From Octopus sinensis (Eukaryota), in contig NC_043003.1 in assembly GCF_006345805.1 (NCBI RefSeq), positions 49,600,001 to 49,664,000 on the forward strand: 64,000 nt of DNA. The letters run 5' to 3'. Of the stretch, positions 25,851 through 38,209 are shown one piece after another. The notes under the pieces were generated by a model. That model worked only from the letters and a program-made list of their open reading frames with translations, was not told the DNA's origin and did no database searches. A program made the translations under genes and the position numbers. The stretch's first letter is position 1. The number at the start of each line of letters is the position of its first letter.

Positions 25851-26574
25851 ACAGACTTAAGTATAAGATGGAGAGAAATGTTCAGAACGTATACTAGGTA
25901 GAAAAACTATCAAACAGTGTGTCAGGATGTGGCTCATATAACCAAAACTTTCAAGCATTCCAGCTACCTGCATTGAAAAGCAGAGCCAATACTTTGCAAT
26001 ACTTTCCTCATCTCACCAAATTTTATGCAGCCTGAAATTCCCAGAAATGCCTCCATCATTACAAAAATTTCCACTGCAAATGGTTTCTCCTTCATTTCCC
26101 TTTCTCTTTTGGCAATGTCAGCAAATTTACAAAATTGCTTTAAAAAACGTTCGCCTCATAAATATTGATGCCTTACTGAAGATTGATGATGGTGAATCTT
26201 ACTAACCAAGGAACGCATTATGTATATGTGATGGCCTCGATATATATATGTGTATATATATATATATATGTTTGTGTGGATATATTTGTAGAAACCACTT
26301 CCCTTGTCATCTCTTTTCTGTTGAGTTTTCTGTAATCCTAAACTTAATGGAACATTTTCGTAAAGCATATTAAAGTTCGTGCAGTCTATTCTTTCTTATA
26401 CCTCTTTGAAGTCTGCTTCATTTCATTATTCAATATTCCCCATAATATGGATCTACATTTGCTATTGCAAATGTAAATTAATGATTTTTTTTCTTCAGTT
26501 GTTTCTATAAACTGCACTGGATCATTGACAAAACCACCTTCTGTGGTTACTATTTTATGGAATCTATTATATAT

Positions 26575-26605
<31 letters not shown>

Positions 26606-26609
26606 CTAA

Positions 26610-26640
<31 letters not shown>

Positions 26641-26844
26641 TGTATGTGAGTATGTGTGTATGTATAAGTGCTCACACATTAGAAAAACACTTCTTCTCAA
26701 AAAAGGTTAGTAACATCCTCATTTCATAACATTTTGTTTTAATAATTTCTTTTAGAAAAATCACCTTTACACTTCAAAAACTGTATTAAGTAATTCTCAT
26801 AGACTTTCAAGTATACATATATATATACATACATATATATATAC

Positions 26845-26901
<57 letters not shown>

Positions 26902-27343
26902 ATATACACATGCATACATTATGTGTGTGTACCCATTCCATTGTGTTCCTTTTCACCATTTTCACAAAGTGAATGATTATATATCTTCTGCCATGTCTTT
27001 AGTTATTGATACACCTCTTTATCTTCTTGGAGGCTGCAAGCTCTTTTGCATCGACTCCTACCGACATATTTCTCAGTCTTAAGTAGCCACCATCTTGTTA
27101 AATAGAATACTAGCATTAAGCTGCCTTCAAACTCTCCATCTATTATGATTTACATGAACATTTATTTTTGTTCTAGTATATTCCAAAATAAATAAGGTTT
27201 TTTTTTTCTTTTCTTTTTTTTTGTTGTATATGTAGCTTTACCTATTTTATGCCTTGAGCTCATAGTTTATAGGTTCATAAATTCTCCAGATCTATCACAA
27301 GACATGCTCCAGGTCAAATAATAAATAACAATTTCTAACATAG

Positions 27344-27432
27344 GCACAACATTGACAGTGCTATTATTGACACATGTTATTGATCCTGGGGAGATAAATG
27401 ATGACGTAGACCCCCAGCAGTATTTGAACTTG
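27344..27432 (+). CDS. Candidate internal exon (89 bp, phase 1-0), xTTLTVLLLTHVIDPGEINDDVDPQQYLNL
   Basis: tttctaacatag| acceptor, TTG|GTATGC donor, only one open frame; unique sequence. Confidence 0.35.
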
Positions 27433-27687
27433 GTATGCAAGGAGAGATAACTAAATAATGCTCTATTGTTCCACTTTTTTATCATATGATATATTATAAT
27501 ATTTCATGTTGCTATTACATATATTACATATATTGCATTTTTGTTTTAGCATTTAATAATCTGTTCTAGGGAAGGGCTGCATTTATGCCTATTCATGTGA
27601 TTGAGGTGTTACTCTATCAGACTCTGGTGACTTGTTTTCATTAACTAAGATCTAAAAACCCAGTCTTTTTTTTTTTTTTTGTTACAG

Positions 27688-27744
27688 CCACGAGCAAATA
27701 ATATTGGAATTCTAATATTGACACATCACGAATCATGGGAATGA
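27688..27744 (+). CDS. Possible terminal exon, PRANNIGILILTHHESWE*
   Basis: Strong poly-T acceptor (ttttgttacag|); phase 0 is compatible with the 27344 exon. Confidence 0.2.
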   Translation, partial: PRANNIGILILTHHESWE

Positions 27745-27762
27745 TTTTAGATTGATTCTTAC

Positions 27763-27939
27763 CTTTTATCTTTTACTTGTTTCAATCACTAAACTGTGGC
27801 CATACTGGAGTACCACTTTGATGGGATTTAGTTGAACAAATTAACCCCCAGTACTTACTTTTTAGATCTGGTACTTATTTTGTTGTCGCTTTTGCTGAAC
27901 TGCCCAGTGATGGAACATAAACAAACCAACACCAGTTGG

Positions 27940-27985
<46 letters not shown>

Positions 27986-28140
27986 TGGGCTTCCACATAG
28001 TTTCTGTCTGCCAACTTCACTAACTAGCCATTGGTTGGCCTGGGGCTATAGTAGTAGACACTTACTCAAAGGAGCTTTGCAGTGAGACTGAACCCACAAC
28101 CATTTAGTTGCACAGAGAGCTTCTTAAGCACACAGCTATG
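27763..28140 (-). mobile_element. SINE group A
   Basis: Homology to the other copies. Confidence 0.75.
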
Positions 28141-28204
28141 GGGCTTAATCAAAAGAGGAAGGGCAATGCTTTGTGGCATTTCTCAGGACCATTCTATATT
28201 TAAG

Positions 28205-28370
28205 AGATGAGGAATTATTTACATTATTTACATTATTTACATTTGACGGATATTTGTCCTTATTTTGTTTGTTGTTAACACAACGTTTCGGCTGATATAC
28301 CTTCCAGCCTTCATCAGGTGTCTTGGGGAAATTTCGAACCTGAGTTCTCATTCCTAAGGTATTTTTTCAA
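28205..28370 (-). mobile_element. Short hammerhead-bearing Penelope-like repeat
   Basis: Contains the hammerhead motif at 28277-28322 and an (AATGTAAAT)x3 end. Confidence 0.6.
28277..28322 (-). ncRNA. Minimal type I hammerhead ribozyme motif
   Basis: GACAC-CUGAUGA-A-GGCUG-gaagguauau-CAGCC-GAAAC-GU-U-GUGUU: stem I GACAC/GUGUU, stem II GGCUG/CAGCC, palindromic ACGU stem III, GUU site. Confidence 0.7.
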
Positions 28371-28378
28371 TGTTGTTG

Positions 28379-28419
<41 letters not shown>

Positions 28420-28799
28420 ATTATTATTATTATCATCATTATTCAAGTTACTTCCTGGAATGGAACTCAGAATCTTGGGGTTAGTAGCCTCTGCTCTTAA
28501 TCACTACGCCATATGCCCATGGGCATATGGTGTCAAAAACTGATGAAAGAAAGAGTTAAAATTATTCTCAAACAGGACCTGGACTGAAATCTTACAATTT
28601 ATGACACTTTGCGGGCAGGTGACACTGCTAAGCTGGGTGATAGATTAAGCCTACTTGATTAATTCTTAATGTATTGACCTCAGACAGGTAACATCAACAG
28701 GATAGGAACTCAGAGGATAAAAGGCCTTAACTAAATGAAATACACCTTATTATTTTTGTAACTCTAGTACCTTCACAAATCAATATAAATCAATATAAA

Positions 28800-29131
28800 G
28801 ATGGCGAGCTGGCAGAATTGTTAGCATGCCGGGTGAAATGCTTAGTGGTATTTTGTCTGTCTTTACATTCTGAGTTCAAATTCCGCCAAGGTCAAACTTG
28901 GCCTTTCATCCTTTTGGCGTCGATAAATTAAGTACCAGCTGTGTTCTGGGGTTGATCTAATCGACAGGCTCCCTGCTTCCCCAAAAATTTCGGGCCTTGT
29001 GCCTAAAGTAGAACAGAAAAATCATTATAAATATACCAGTTGTGTACTGGGGTTGATCTAATTGACAGGTCCCCTCCCCCAAAATTTCGGGCCTCGTGCT
29101 TAAAGTAGAAAAGAATAAATCATTATAAATA
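28800..29131 (+). mobile_element. SINE group C with a ~99 bp tandem duplication of its 3' end
   Basis: taccag(c/t)tgtgt...tcattataaata occurs at ~28933-29032 and ~29033-29131. Confidence 0.8.
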
Positions 29132-29509
29132 TACAGAAATTTTGACCTGTAATTGATTCAAATTTTTTTTCTTTTATTTCAAAATTACATTTTTAAAAAG
29201 TTTTATATTTTGTGAAATATATATTCCGGAGTTGTACTTAACTCATAAACAACTCGATCCAAGACCATGAAACATCATGGAAGAGCCATTTGATAACATA
29301 CAAAAGCTGATCAATTCACTTTAAATTTAAATTTATTCCATGAGGTGTCAAAATTTTCATCATACAGCTGCAACCTGGTCATTGACACAAGAATTGTGTC
29401 ACATTGTGCAAAGAAAATGTCAACACCTAATGAAATAATTTACAGCTTTTGTGTTACTAAATGGCACCTGTACAATGTAGTTACTAAATTTTGATGTTTT
29501 CTACAACTT

Positions 29510-29700
29510 TTAATATTTTTCTTAAATTCTAATCCTTTTTCTTAAATTTTTATATTTTTCTTTTATTTTTATACTTTTCCTTAAATTTTTATATTTTTCT
29601 TTAATTTTTATGCTTTTCCTTAAATTTTTATATTTAAAAAAATTTTTATCCTTTCCCTTAAATTTTTATATTTTTCTTATAGTTAAAATTTTTCGCTTAA
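29510..29700. repeat. T-rich ~19-20 bp minisatellite (ttttatatttttcttaaat)
   Basis: Direct reading. Confidence 0.75.
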
Positions 29701-29769
29701 ATTAAAGAAGTTTTTTCTTAACTGGCATTATTTTTTTAAAATTAAAAATTTTTTTCTCAAATTTTCCAG

Positions 29770-29851
29770 TTTGACAGAGACGTTACTTGCTAGAGGCACA
29801 CTTGACAACTACAGTGGAAAGAAGCACATTTTCTGGCATCCTTTCTTCATG
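29770..29851 (+). CDS. Candidate internal exon (82 bp, phase 2-0), xLTETLLARGTLDNYSGKKHIFWHPFFM
   Basis: ttttctcaaattttccag| acceptor and ATG|GTGAGT donor, the best splice pair found; single open frame. Confidence 0.4.
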
Positions 29852-29907
29852 GTGAGTTACAAACATTAACATTTATCTATATTTATTTAAGCCATATTAT
29901 GAAGGAG

Positions 29908-30235
29908 CATGGCTCAGTCATTAGAGCGTCAAGCTTACGATTGTGAGGTTTTGAGCTCAAATCCCGGACTGGGCTGTGTGTTGTGTTCTTGAGCAAGACA
30001 CTTTATTTCACATTGCTCCAGTTCACTCAGCTGTAGAAATGAGTTGTGATGTCACTGGTACCAAGCTGTGTTGGCCTTTGCCTTTCCCTTGAATAACACT
30101 GGTAGTGTGGAGAGGGGAGGCCGATATGCATGGCTGACTGCTGGTCTTCCATAAACAACTTTGCTCTGGACTTGTGCCTGGGAGGGTAACTTTCTAGGTG
30201 CAATCCCATGGTCAGTCATGACCGAAGGGGGTTTC
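29908..30235 (+). mobile_element. SINE group D head with a third type of 3' tail
   Basis: tRNA head and gtgttcttgagcaagacactttatttcac box, then an unrelated tail ending gaccgaagggggtttc. Confidence 0.65.
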
Positions 30236-30454
30236 AGATTATGTCATCTGTTACCTGGCAGTATTTCTTTGGTGGTACCTAAAGCTGTTAACTCAGCAGC
30301 TCTTATTTGTAACCGTTGTTGTTTAACCACAAGTCAGTCTCGAATGAGCAGACCTATGATCAAAGGCATTTCAGCTATGTCTATACCATCTTTTTTTTAC
30401 CTGGTGTTATATATATCTAATACTTCATTTGTTATCATCATCATATTCTATTTT

Positions 30455-30860
30455 TGATTGTTTCAGTCATTTGACTGTGGCCATGTTGGAGCACCGCCTT
30501 GAGTTGAGCAAATCGCCCCCAGGACTTATTCTTTGTAAGCCTAGTACTTATTGTATCGGTCACTTTTGCTGAACTGCTAAGTTACGGGGACGTAAACACA
30601 CCAGCATCGGTTTTCAAGCGATGTTGGAGGGACAAACACAGACACACAAACATATACATACACACATACATACATATATCTATCTATCTATCTATCTATA
30701 TATATATATATACATACACATACATACATATATATGATGGGCTTCTTTCAGCTTCCCTCTACCAAATCCACTCACAAGGTTTTCGTCAGCCCGTGGCTAT
30801 AGCAGAAGACACTTGCCCAAAGTGCCACACAGTGGGACTGAACCCGGAACCATGTGGTTC
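30455..30860 (-). mobile_element. SINE group A
   Basis: Near-consensus 3' tail and core. Confidence 0.8.
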
Positions 30861-31110
30861 GTATAATATGGATTGGATGGTTTGACAGGAGCCGGTAGCC
30901 AGAGAGCTGCACCAGGCTCCAGTTGTCTGTACCCTTCCTAATGCCAACCCCTTTACAGAGTGTACTGGGTGCTTTTTATGTGCAGCAGCACTGGTCCTAT
31001 TATGTGGCTCCATTGCAAATGTTTTTACATGCTACTGGCATATACCAGCTTCTTACATGGTACCAGTACAGGAGCTTTTTATGTGACATTGAAACAGATA
31101 CGTTTTATAG

Positions 31111-31191
31111 GGAACCAGTACCTGGACCATAAAATGTCATTTAAGGAATTTTTGGCTGATATTTCTTGCAAACCAAGCGTCTACATTACAG
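31111..31191 (+). CDS. Candidate exon (81 bp, phase 1-1), xNQYLDHKMSFKEFLADISCKPSVYIT
   Basis: cgttttatag| acceptor, weak CAG|GTCGCA donor, open frame. Confidence 0.2.
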
Positions 31192-31469
31192 GTCGCATTT
31201 GGGCCTGTCTCAGTCAATATACTTTATATCAATTGTAACAAGTAACATAATAAATGCTGTCTGCAACAATTAAAGCAGCTTATGTTACATTTTAATACTT
31301 TAAATGGCTGGCATTTATTTATCATATTTCACATTTAACACTGCCCAATGTCAACATTCCTACTCCAGACAAAACTATATTTAGTGGAGATACTTAACAT
31401 AATCTCTGTACCTCAGATAACAACTGGCATAAATGAAATATCATGTAGCATTTCAACACCAGTTGTTGC

Positions 31470-31846
31470 TATTACATAAGTAAAATGACTGTTGTGGCTG
31501 ATGCCAATACCACCCGACTGGTACCCATGCTGGTGGCATGTAAAAAGCAGCACTTGAGTGTGGTTGATACCCGGTGCTGCTGGACTGGCTTCCATGCTGG
31601 TGGCACGTAAAAAGCACCATTCAAGTGTGGCCAATGCCAGTGCCACCTGGCTTGCCCCCATGCCAGTGGCATGTAAAAATCTTCCACTACACTCTTAGAG
31701 GGGTTGGCATTAGGAAGGGCATCCAGCTGTAGTAACCATGCCAGATCAGTTTGGAGTGTGGTGTAGCCTCCTGGCTTGCCAGTCCTCAGTCAATCTGTCC
31801 AACCCATGCCAGCATGGAAAGCAGATGTTAAACGATGATGATGATG
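31470..31846 (+). mobile_element. RTE 3'UTR fragment
   Basis: Three ggtggca(c/t)gtaaaaa modules plus the terminal block and (GAT)n. Confidence 0.8.
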
Positions 31847-33352
31847 TTAAACTCAGATGGTATCTAGTGCCCTTATTAGCACCATCAACTGACCTTTGCA
31901 TATGTTTTTCTTTGTTGTTTTTGCTTGTGGAGACCTTTTCACTGTAAGCATTTAAATAAATCGTCTCAACCTGAAAATGATAGTCTCTTTCCTTTTTGTA
32001 ACCTGTTGTGGAAGCACTGCAAAAGAGTCATTAATACTCCACTTTCTGAGATCTTTTTTTTTTTAACAAGATAACCACAGGATGAGGAGGAGAAAAAGGA
32101 AAGGGAATCTATTTCCAGGGTGTCTGAGACTGTTGGGAGGAAGAGAAGGGAGTTTTCTTCAGACTGGTGTCCTGACTTGAATCCCTAAATTCTAGCAACA
32201 GATTCCTATAAGGGTTTCGTGTTTGTGTTGAACTAAGAGACAAATTAAGTCATTTGTTCCCTATGGAGCATCGGCCATCAATAATTTTTGTCCGCTGTTC
32301 TCAACTTTGGGCTGATGAAGATAAATTCCTCTTCCAGCTCTTGTTGGTTCTGAATTGTTATTGGTGCTTCTGTAACTTGTCATTTTCCAAGGTAGGGGTG
32401 TAGATTCCATGCAAACCCATTTTTACCTCTGGGTAGAGATTGTCCAGATTGGTCTGACCTCTATCCCTTGATCTGTCCAGTATGGAAGACCCTACCAGGA
32501 GCTTGTATTCTACTGCCATAGTTCTAATATTAATTGAGTCCTACAAGCTACTACACCACAGCAAAGACCAAATGTGGTGGTGGATAATTTAAATCTACCA
32601 TTCAAGAATTGGAACATTATCTAAGACAGGCTTCCATACAGTGTGCATAAATGAAAGTTTGCCAAAACAGCTTTGGACAACTTGAGACTATGGTAGAAGA
32701 GACACTCACTCAAAGTGCGATATAGTGGGAAGAAACCAAAATTCACATAGCTGCAAAATGAGTTCCTTAATCTCACACCCATTTTTGAACTCGATTATGA
32801 GACTATAACACACTCCTGTCAAAAAGAAAATGACAAAAATCAAAACAGTTGTTGATATTGCCATTAAACAATTAACACAGCTAGTGGGAAAGGCGGCAGA
32901 TTTTATGAGCATCACATTTATTTCACCCACTTTATTCTAATAAACAGGAATGCTATCAAAATTAACATGCAAATACATGCATCATAAAATTAACATACGG
33001 CTACTGACATGATAAAAGATCTCAAAATTTGACAGTGACAAACAAAACAAATTGACTACTGATGAATGATGCTAATGGTCAAAAAAGTCTTACGCAAATT
33101 CCATCTGTGTATAAGAAACAAGACAAAGGCCAAATATATTCAGTTGAAACCTTGAAAATGAGGCTGACGGCTTCAAAATGTCAAATATGGATTTAAGAAT
33201 TCTACTGTTCCAAACTAGCTATAAAAAGATAATAAGAGAACATGAAAAATATAAAATATAAAAGATAAAACTTGAATATTGAGTATTTAATGGAGCATTC
33301 ATAAAAAGGGCTGTTCCTCATATATATATATATATATATATACATAGATATA

Positions 33353-33530
33353 TTTTTTATTTGTGAAATAATTCTACCATTAATTTCATGTTAAGAAGAG
33401 TAGGAAAATATCCAAGTGTCTTAACACGTTTCTTCATGTGATCGGCTTGAAAAATTGTTAAAATACTTGGCTATTTTCCTACGCTTTTTAACATGAAACT
33501 AATGGTAGCTTTAATTCACAAATAAAGAAA
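33353..33530. repeat. Fold-back, arms ~74 bp, spacer ~29 bp
   Basis: ttttttatttgtgaaataattctaccattaatttcatgttaa...ttaaca vs tgttaa...ttaacatgaaactaatggtagctttaattcacaaataaagaaa. Confidence 0.85.
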
Positions 33531-33993
33531 TTATTTATCAATCAATGTGGTGTTGAGCACTCATTCCATCATCTACATTTATACATACATACATACATGT
33601 ATGTATGCATGTATGTATGTATGTATGTATGTATGTATGTATGTATGTATAGTTTAGGACAATCAGTAAGTTGTCATAATAGTACTCAGAGTTTCAAATG
33701 CCAGATCTAAGAGCCATGATGCATTCTCGTTGGCTGAATATCTATATAATTATGTATAAAGTGACGAAAATATTTTCACAAATTAAATTTAAATGTTGAA
33801 GTGAATCTAACGGTTTTTAAATGGCTTATAAACACATACCATGCTGCAATTGTTTTTGTTTCAGCACACGATCTCAGATCAGGTCACTTGCTATGCAAGT
33901 ACATTTCTGTAATATATATATATATTAGTAAATTGTCAGTAAATCATAAATCTGAAAAAGAAGCACACTCTAAGTTATTGAGCAGTAGAGTAT

Positions 33994-34169
33994 ATAGATA
34001 AAGAGTGATATGGCCAGTTTATTGGGTTACCTGGGGTTTCGTATTCACAAAGCACTTAGCTAAATAAGGCCATAAGCCAACGGATTTACGGTTGTGAGAA
34101 ATGTTGCAAAGCTAAGTGCTTTATGGATGTGAAACTCTGGGTAACCCCATAAACCATCCGTTTCAATCT

Positions 34170-34177
<8 letters not shown>
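33994..34177. repeat. Fold-back, arms ~75 bp
   Basis: atagataaagag...gggttacctggggtttc...aaagcacttagct vs agctaagtgcttt...gaaactctgggtaacccc...ctttatctat. Confidence 0.85.
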
Positions 34178-34214
<37 letters not shown>

Positions 34215-34217
<3 letters not shown>

Positions 34218-35367
34218 AGACGAATCAGGGACAACTGAAGGGGAATATTCCTTGTATTGTATGTCTTGTACTCTGTTAAGTTCGTTTCCATGTTTTTGTT
34301 TTTATGTGTTTGTTTTTCATTGTGTTCAACGTTTTTTGAGTCCTATACCCATACATGCATGTATATATACATGTAGATGTAGGTATGTACATATATGTAT
34401 GCATATATGTATATATTATTTATATTATTATTATTATATATATATAATATATATATATATATATTATATATATAGATATATATATGTTAATAAAATAGAA
34501 CATATGCTATATATAAACATATATGTACGTACCTACCTCTACATGTAATTATATACACGCATATGTGTACAGGACACCAAAAGGACGTCGAACACATAGA
34601 GAGACGAAAAAACATAGACACAAACCAAGGAACAAGACAAGCAAAAAAGAGATACAGGACAATAAGCACAACGAAAAATCCCCTTCTTCAGTCGTAAGGT
34701 TTCATCTACTAACGTTTCGAGGATTAAAAGCGAACGTTTACTCGAAGAAAACTTCCTTCCTGCGAAAAGCAAATCAATTAAAATTCTGAGATCTTTTAAG
34801 AGGGGTAAAAAAAAAGGCAAGACGGTAACGAAGTACAAACATATAAACAGTAAAAAATTATATATAAACAGTGGAAAAATAAATATAAACAGTGAGAGAC
34901 AGGACAAGGAGAACAAGATAAGAAGGGCTGTTAACGCCAGACGAAAAAAGTATTGCAAACGCTGGATTATAGTGGACGACGAGAGAGAAAGAATGTCGAC
35001 CAGAGCCTTAGAAGGCGGCGGGAAAGAAAGACAGGATAGCAGTTACGACGGAAGTATCGTCGCAGATGGACGACGGGAATGGGGGAGGAGGAGCAAGAGG
35101 AAGAGAGAGAAGAAGGGGAATGGTGCGAGGAGACCATGAAGAACGGTGAGGGGGAGAGAGAGAGGAAGAGACAAGTTAAGTGAGGGAAGAAAAAAGACGA
35201 AAAAGGGATGGGAGAGAAAGAAAGAAAGATGCAGAGTCGCGTGAGATTAATATCAAGGCTAACTTGATAAACAGAACAATCTTACTTAATAGGGTGCGTG
35301 CGTTTAGTCGTATAATATGTTAATAAAATAGAACAATGCATATATATAAACATATATGTACGTACCT
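34215..35367. mobile_element. Penelope-like terminal-repeat complex (+ 34215-34420 facing - 34486-35367)
   Basis: Inverted partial copy, plus a ~50 bp direct repeat (tatgttaataaaatagaaca...tatgtacgtaccta) at ~34482-34535 and ~35316-35367. Confidence 0.55.
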
Positions 35368-35787
35368 ATATATATATTTATGTGCGTGTGTGTGTGAGCT
35401 GTTAACAATATACACATTGGATGTTTGTCAAAGGCATTTCACAAATCATACATTGATGTCACTCTGATCATAAATTAGTTTGTGTCATGTATAACCAAAC
35501 AGAATTCTGTCACAATCTATTATTTATTCTCACAATAATTTCTATTTTTGCTATGTCAATCAATGTACAATATTATATAATATATATTGTGACACCATTT
35601 TGCAGGTTATGCTTTACAAATGAGGCCATAAATAAGTTTGAAATATGGTTGAATCAAAGTTGTTTCACTTGATTGTTAAAAAATTGCCAACATTATTAGC
35701 TAGTGTTTAGTATTTGTTTTCTTGCTTCATTACTGTATAATCATTCTCAGAAATTTGATGCTCTGTCACATTTAGTATGTCAACAAT

Positions 35788-35978
35788 AAAGCACAGGAGT
35801 GGCTGTGTGGTAAGTAGCTTGCTTACCAACCACATGCTTCCGGATTCATTCCCACTGCGTGGCACCTTGGGCAAGTGTCTTCTACTACAGCCTCAGGCCA
35901 GCCAAAACCTTGTGAGTGGATTTGATCACCAGAAACTGAAAGAAGCCGTTGTATATATTGTATATAATATATATATAT

Positions 35979-36009
<31 letters not shown>

Positions 36010-36225
36010 GTATGTCTATGTTTGTGTCTGTCTGTGTTGTTCCCCCAACATTGCTTGACAACCGATGCCAGTGTGTTTACATCCCTGTAACTTAGCGGTT
36101 GGCAAAAGAGACGATAGAAGATATAGAATAAGTACTAGGCTTACAAAGAATAAGTCCTGGGGTCGATTTACTTGACTCAATGCAGTGCTCCAGCATGGCT
36201 GCAGTCAAGTGACTGAAAAAAGTAC
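35788..36225 (+). mobile_element. SINE group A, full length
   Basis: Head, core, TA microsatellite and tail. Confidence 0.85.
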
Positions 36226-36489
36226 AAGAGCTATCTGACTGAATGCCTTCCATTATGTTGCATGGGAATACTGCAAACATGTAGGTACTTCATCATCATT
36301 ATAATCATCATCATCATCATTATTATCATCATCATCATTGTCATTTGCCACTGTTAATTCATCATGTTAACCCACTATAGGCTTCAGTTGCTCACCATAT
36401 TTACCATTGATACTGTATGTTATCCCGCCATATACTCGCTAATATGTTGTAGGATCAAATGAAATTTCCTCTCTGACCTTTAACCCTAC

Positions 36490-36735
36490 CATCAACACCA
36501 GCATCTCCACAGCCATCAATACCATGACCACCACAACTGTCATTGTCACCAGCACCAGCACCACCACTACCACCACAACCACCACTACCACTGCATCACC
36601 ATCACCACAACTGCTGCTGCTGCCGCCGCCGTCACCACCCCCTCCAACACCATCACCACCTCCACCACCATTACCTTCAACAACATCATCACCACCAGCA
36701 ACAACAGCACCATCACCGCCCCCATCGTCACCACT
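36490..36735 (+). repeat. ACC-rich tract homologous to 2630-2990
   Basis: 51-nt block at 36667-36717 differs from 2821-2871 by one base. Confidence 0.85.
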
Positions 36736-37348
36736 GTTTTAGTCTTAAGCAACAAGCTTAGGAAGATGAAAGCAGACATTGTGCCAGATTCATTGTCAGA
36801 GTTGAATGAGGAAGAAACCTAGGAGAGAAAGAAGCAGGAAGAAAGGGGTAAAAGAGAGTGAGGGGGTAGGAGATGGCTGTGGGTGAATGAAAATAGGAGG
36901 ATTGTGACAGAAAAGGGAGGAATGTAATTGGGGGACATGGACGAAAGTGGAGGCTGGATAGAAAGAGAATAAGAAAGATTGAGAGAGAGAAAGAGAGTGA
37001 GAGAGTAAGAAGGGCCACATCTGAGAGAAATAAGAGTGTGACAGAAAATGGGGGAAGATGATGTACAACATCAGGATGTAAGATAGAAATGTATGCGTGT
37101 GTGTGTGTGTTTGTGTGCATGTGTGTGTGTATGTGTGTATGTTTGTGTGCATGTGTGTGTGTATGTGTGCGTATCTAGAAAAAGATGGAAAGGTATATTT
37201 GTGGCTGCGGATAACTGTGTTGCATTACAAATCATATGCAAAAAAAAAAAAATGGTACAGACAGACAAGAAAATTGATAGGAAAAACAATAAGATATCAC
37301 AAGTGCTTAAGGCCGTGAAGCACTCCACTACTTTTCTCCATACGTTAC

Positions 37349-37542
37349 TTTATTTATTGTCCAAGTCGAAAGATAGTCCATTATTATCTCCTTGCTTGTT
37401 CGTTTTGTACTTTTCCATCTTAAATTTATCACTGTACACTCATTTTCTCTTGTCTGATTCGATGTTAGCATATACTCATCTGTCTCTTCATGACTGTTGT
37501 AGACTTTGGGCAGTGTTGGAAGGAACAGCTTTGACTTGAGTG
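37349..37542 (-). CDS. Candidate minus-strand exon (194 bp, phase 1-0), xLKSKLFLPTLPKVYNSHEETDEYMLTSNQTRENECTVINLRWKSTKRTSKEIIMDYLSTWTINK
   Basis: caatttcag| acceptor, AAA|GTAACG donor, 64 open codons; adjacent to a PLE repeat, so it could be element-derived. Confidence 0.2.
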
Positions 37543-38209
37543 CTGAAATTGGTATATAATAATTATAAAAACACAGATTAGGATTGAGACTAGAAAAATT
37601 CAACCCAGCTTGCATTTAAATAGAGATGCAGGAATCTGGCAATGAGAATGTAAACTTAGGCTGTTATATCCACGTTTAGAAAATATGATAGAATGACAGA
37701 AAAATCAATAAAGAAACTTTTTATATTTTAAAAAGTAAACCAATTACTGATACTTATCCTTAATTCATTTATCAGTAAAAATTAAATTATAAACCAACAG
37801 ACTCAAGGTAATATTTACTTTTTACTTCATGCCACCCAAAATGCACAAGAGCTGATATGCCGTATCATATAACGAAAAAAATATATAACTTACTGGCACT
37901 CCATTGATTACAATGATGAGTGTTTTGGTTGCTCCAACCAATGGAACAGCCTGCTTGTGAAATTAGCGTCCAAGTGGCTGAGTACTCCACAGATACACAT
38001 GGCTTAGTGGTTAGAGTATATGGCTCGTGATCATAAGGCCGTTAGATTGATACCTGGCAGCACATTCCGTTATTGAGCAAGACACTTTATTTCACAATCC
38101 TCCAGTCCACTCAGCTGACAAAATAAATAATACCGGTAATTCAAGGGGCCAGTTTTGTTTCATTCTGAGTCATGCTGAATCTCCCTGAGATCTACATTAA
38201 AAGAATATG

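Noticed and set aside
25870-27150. Coding-looking minus-strand stretches (FHKIVTTEGGFVNDPVQF..., GERFLKQFCKFADIAKRE...)
   Set aside because: Multiple stops, no splice frame and no recognisable family; left unassigned.
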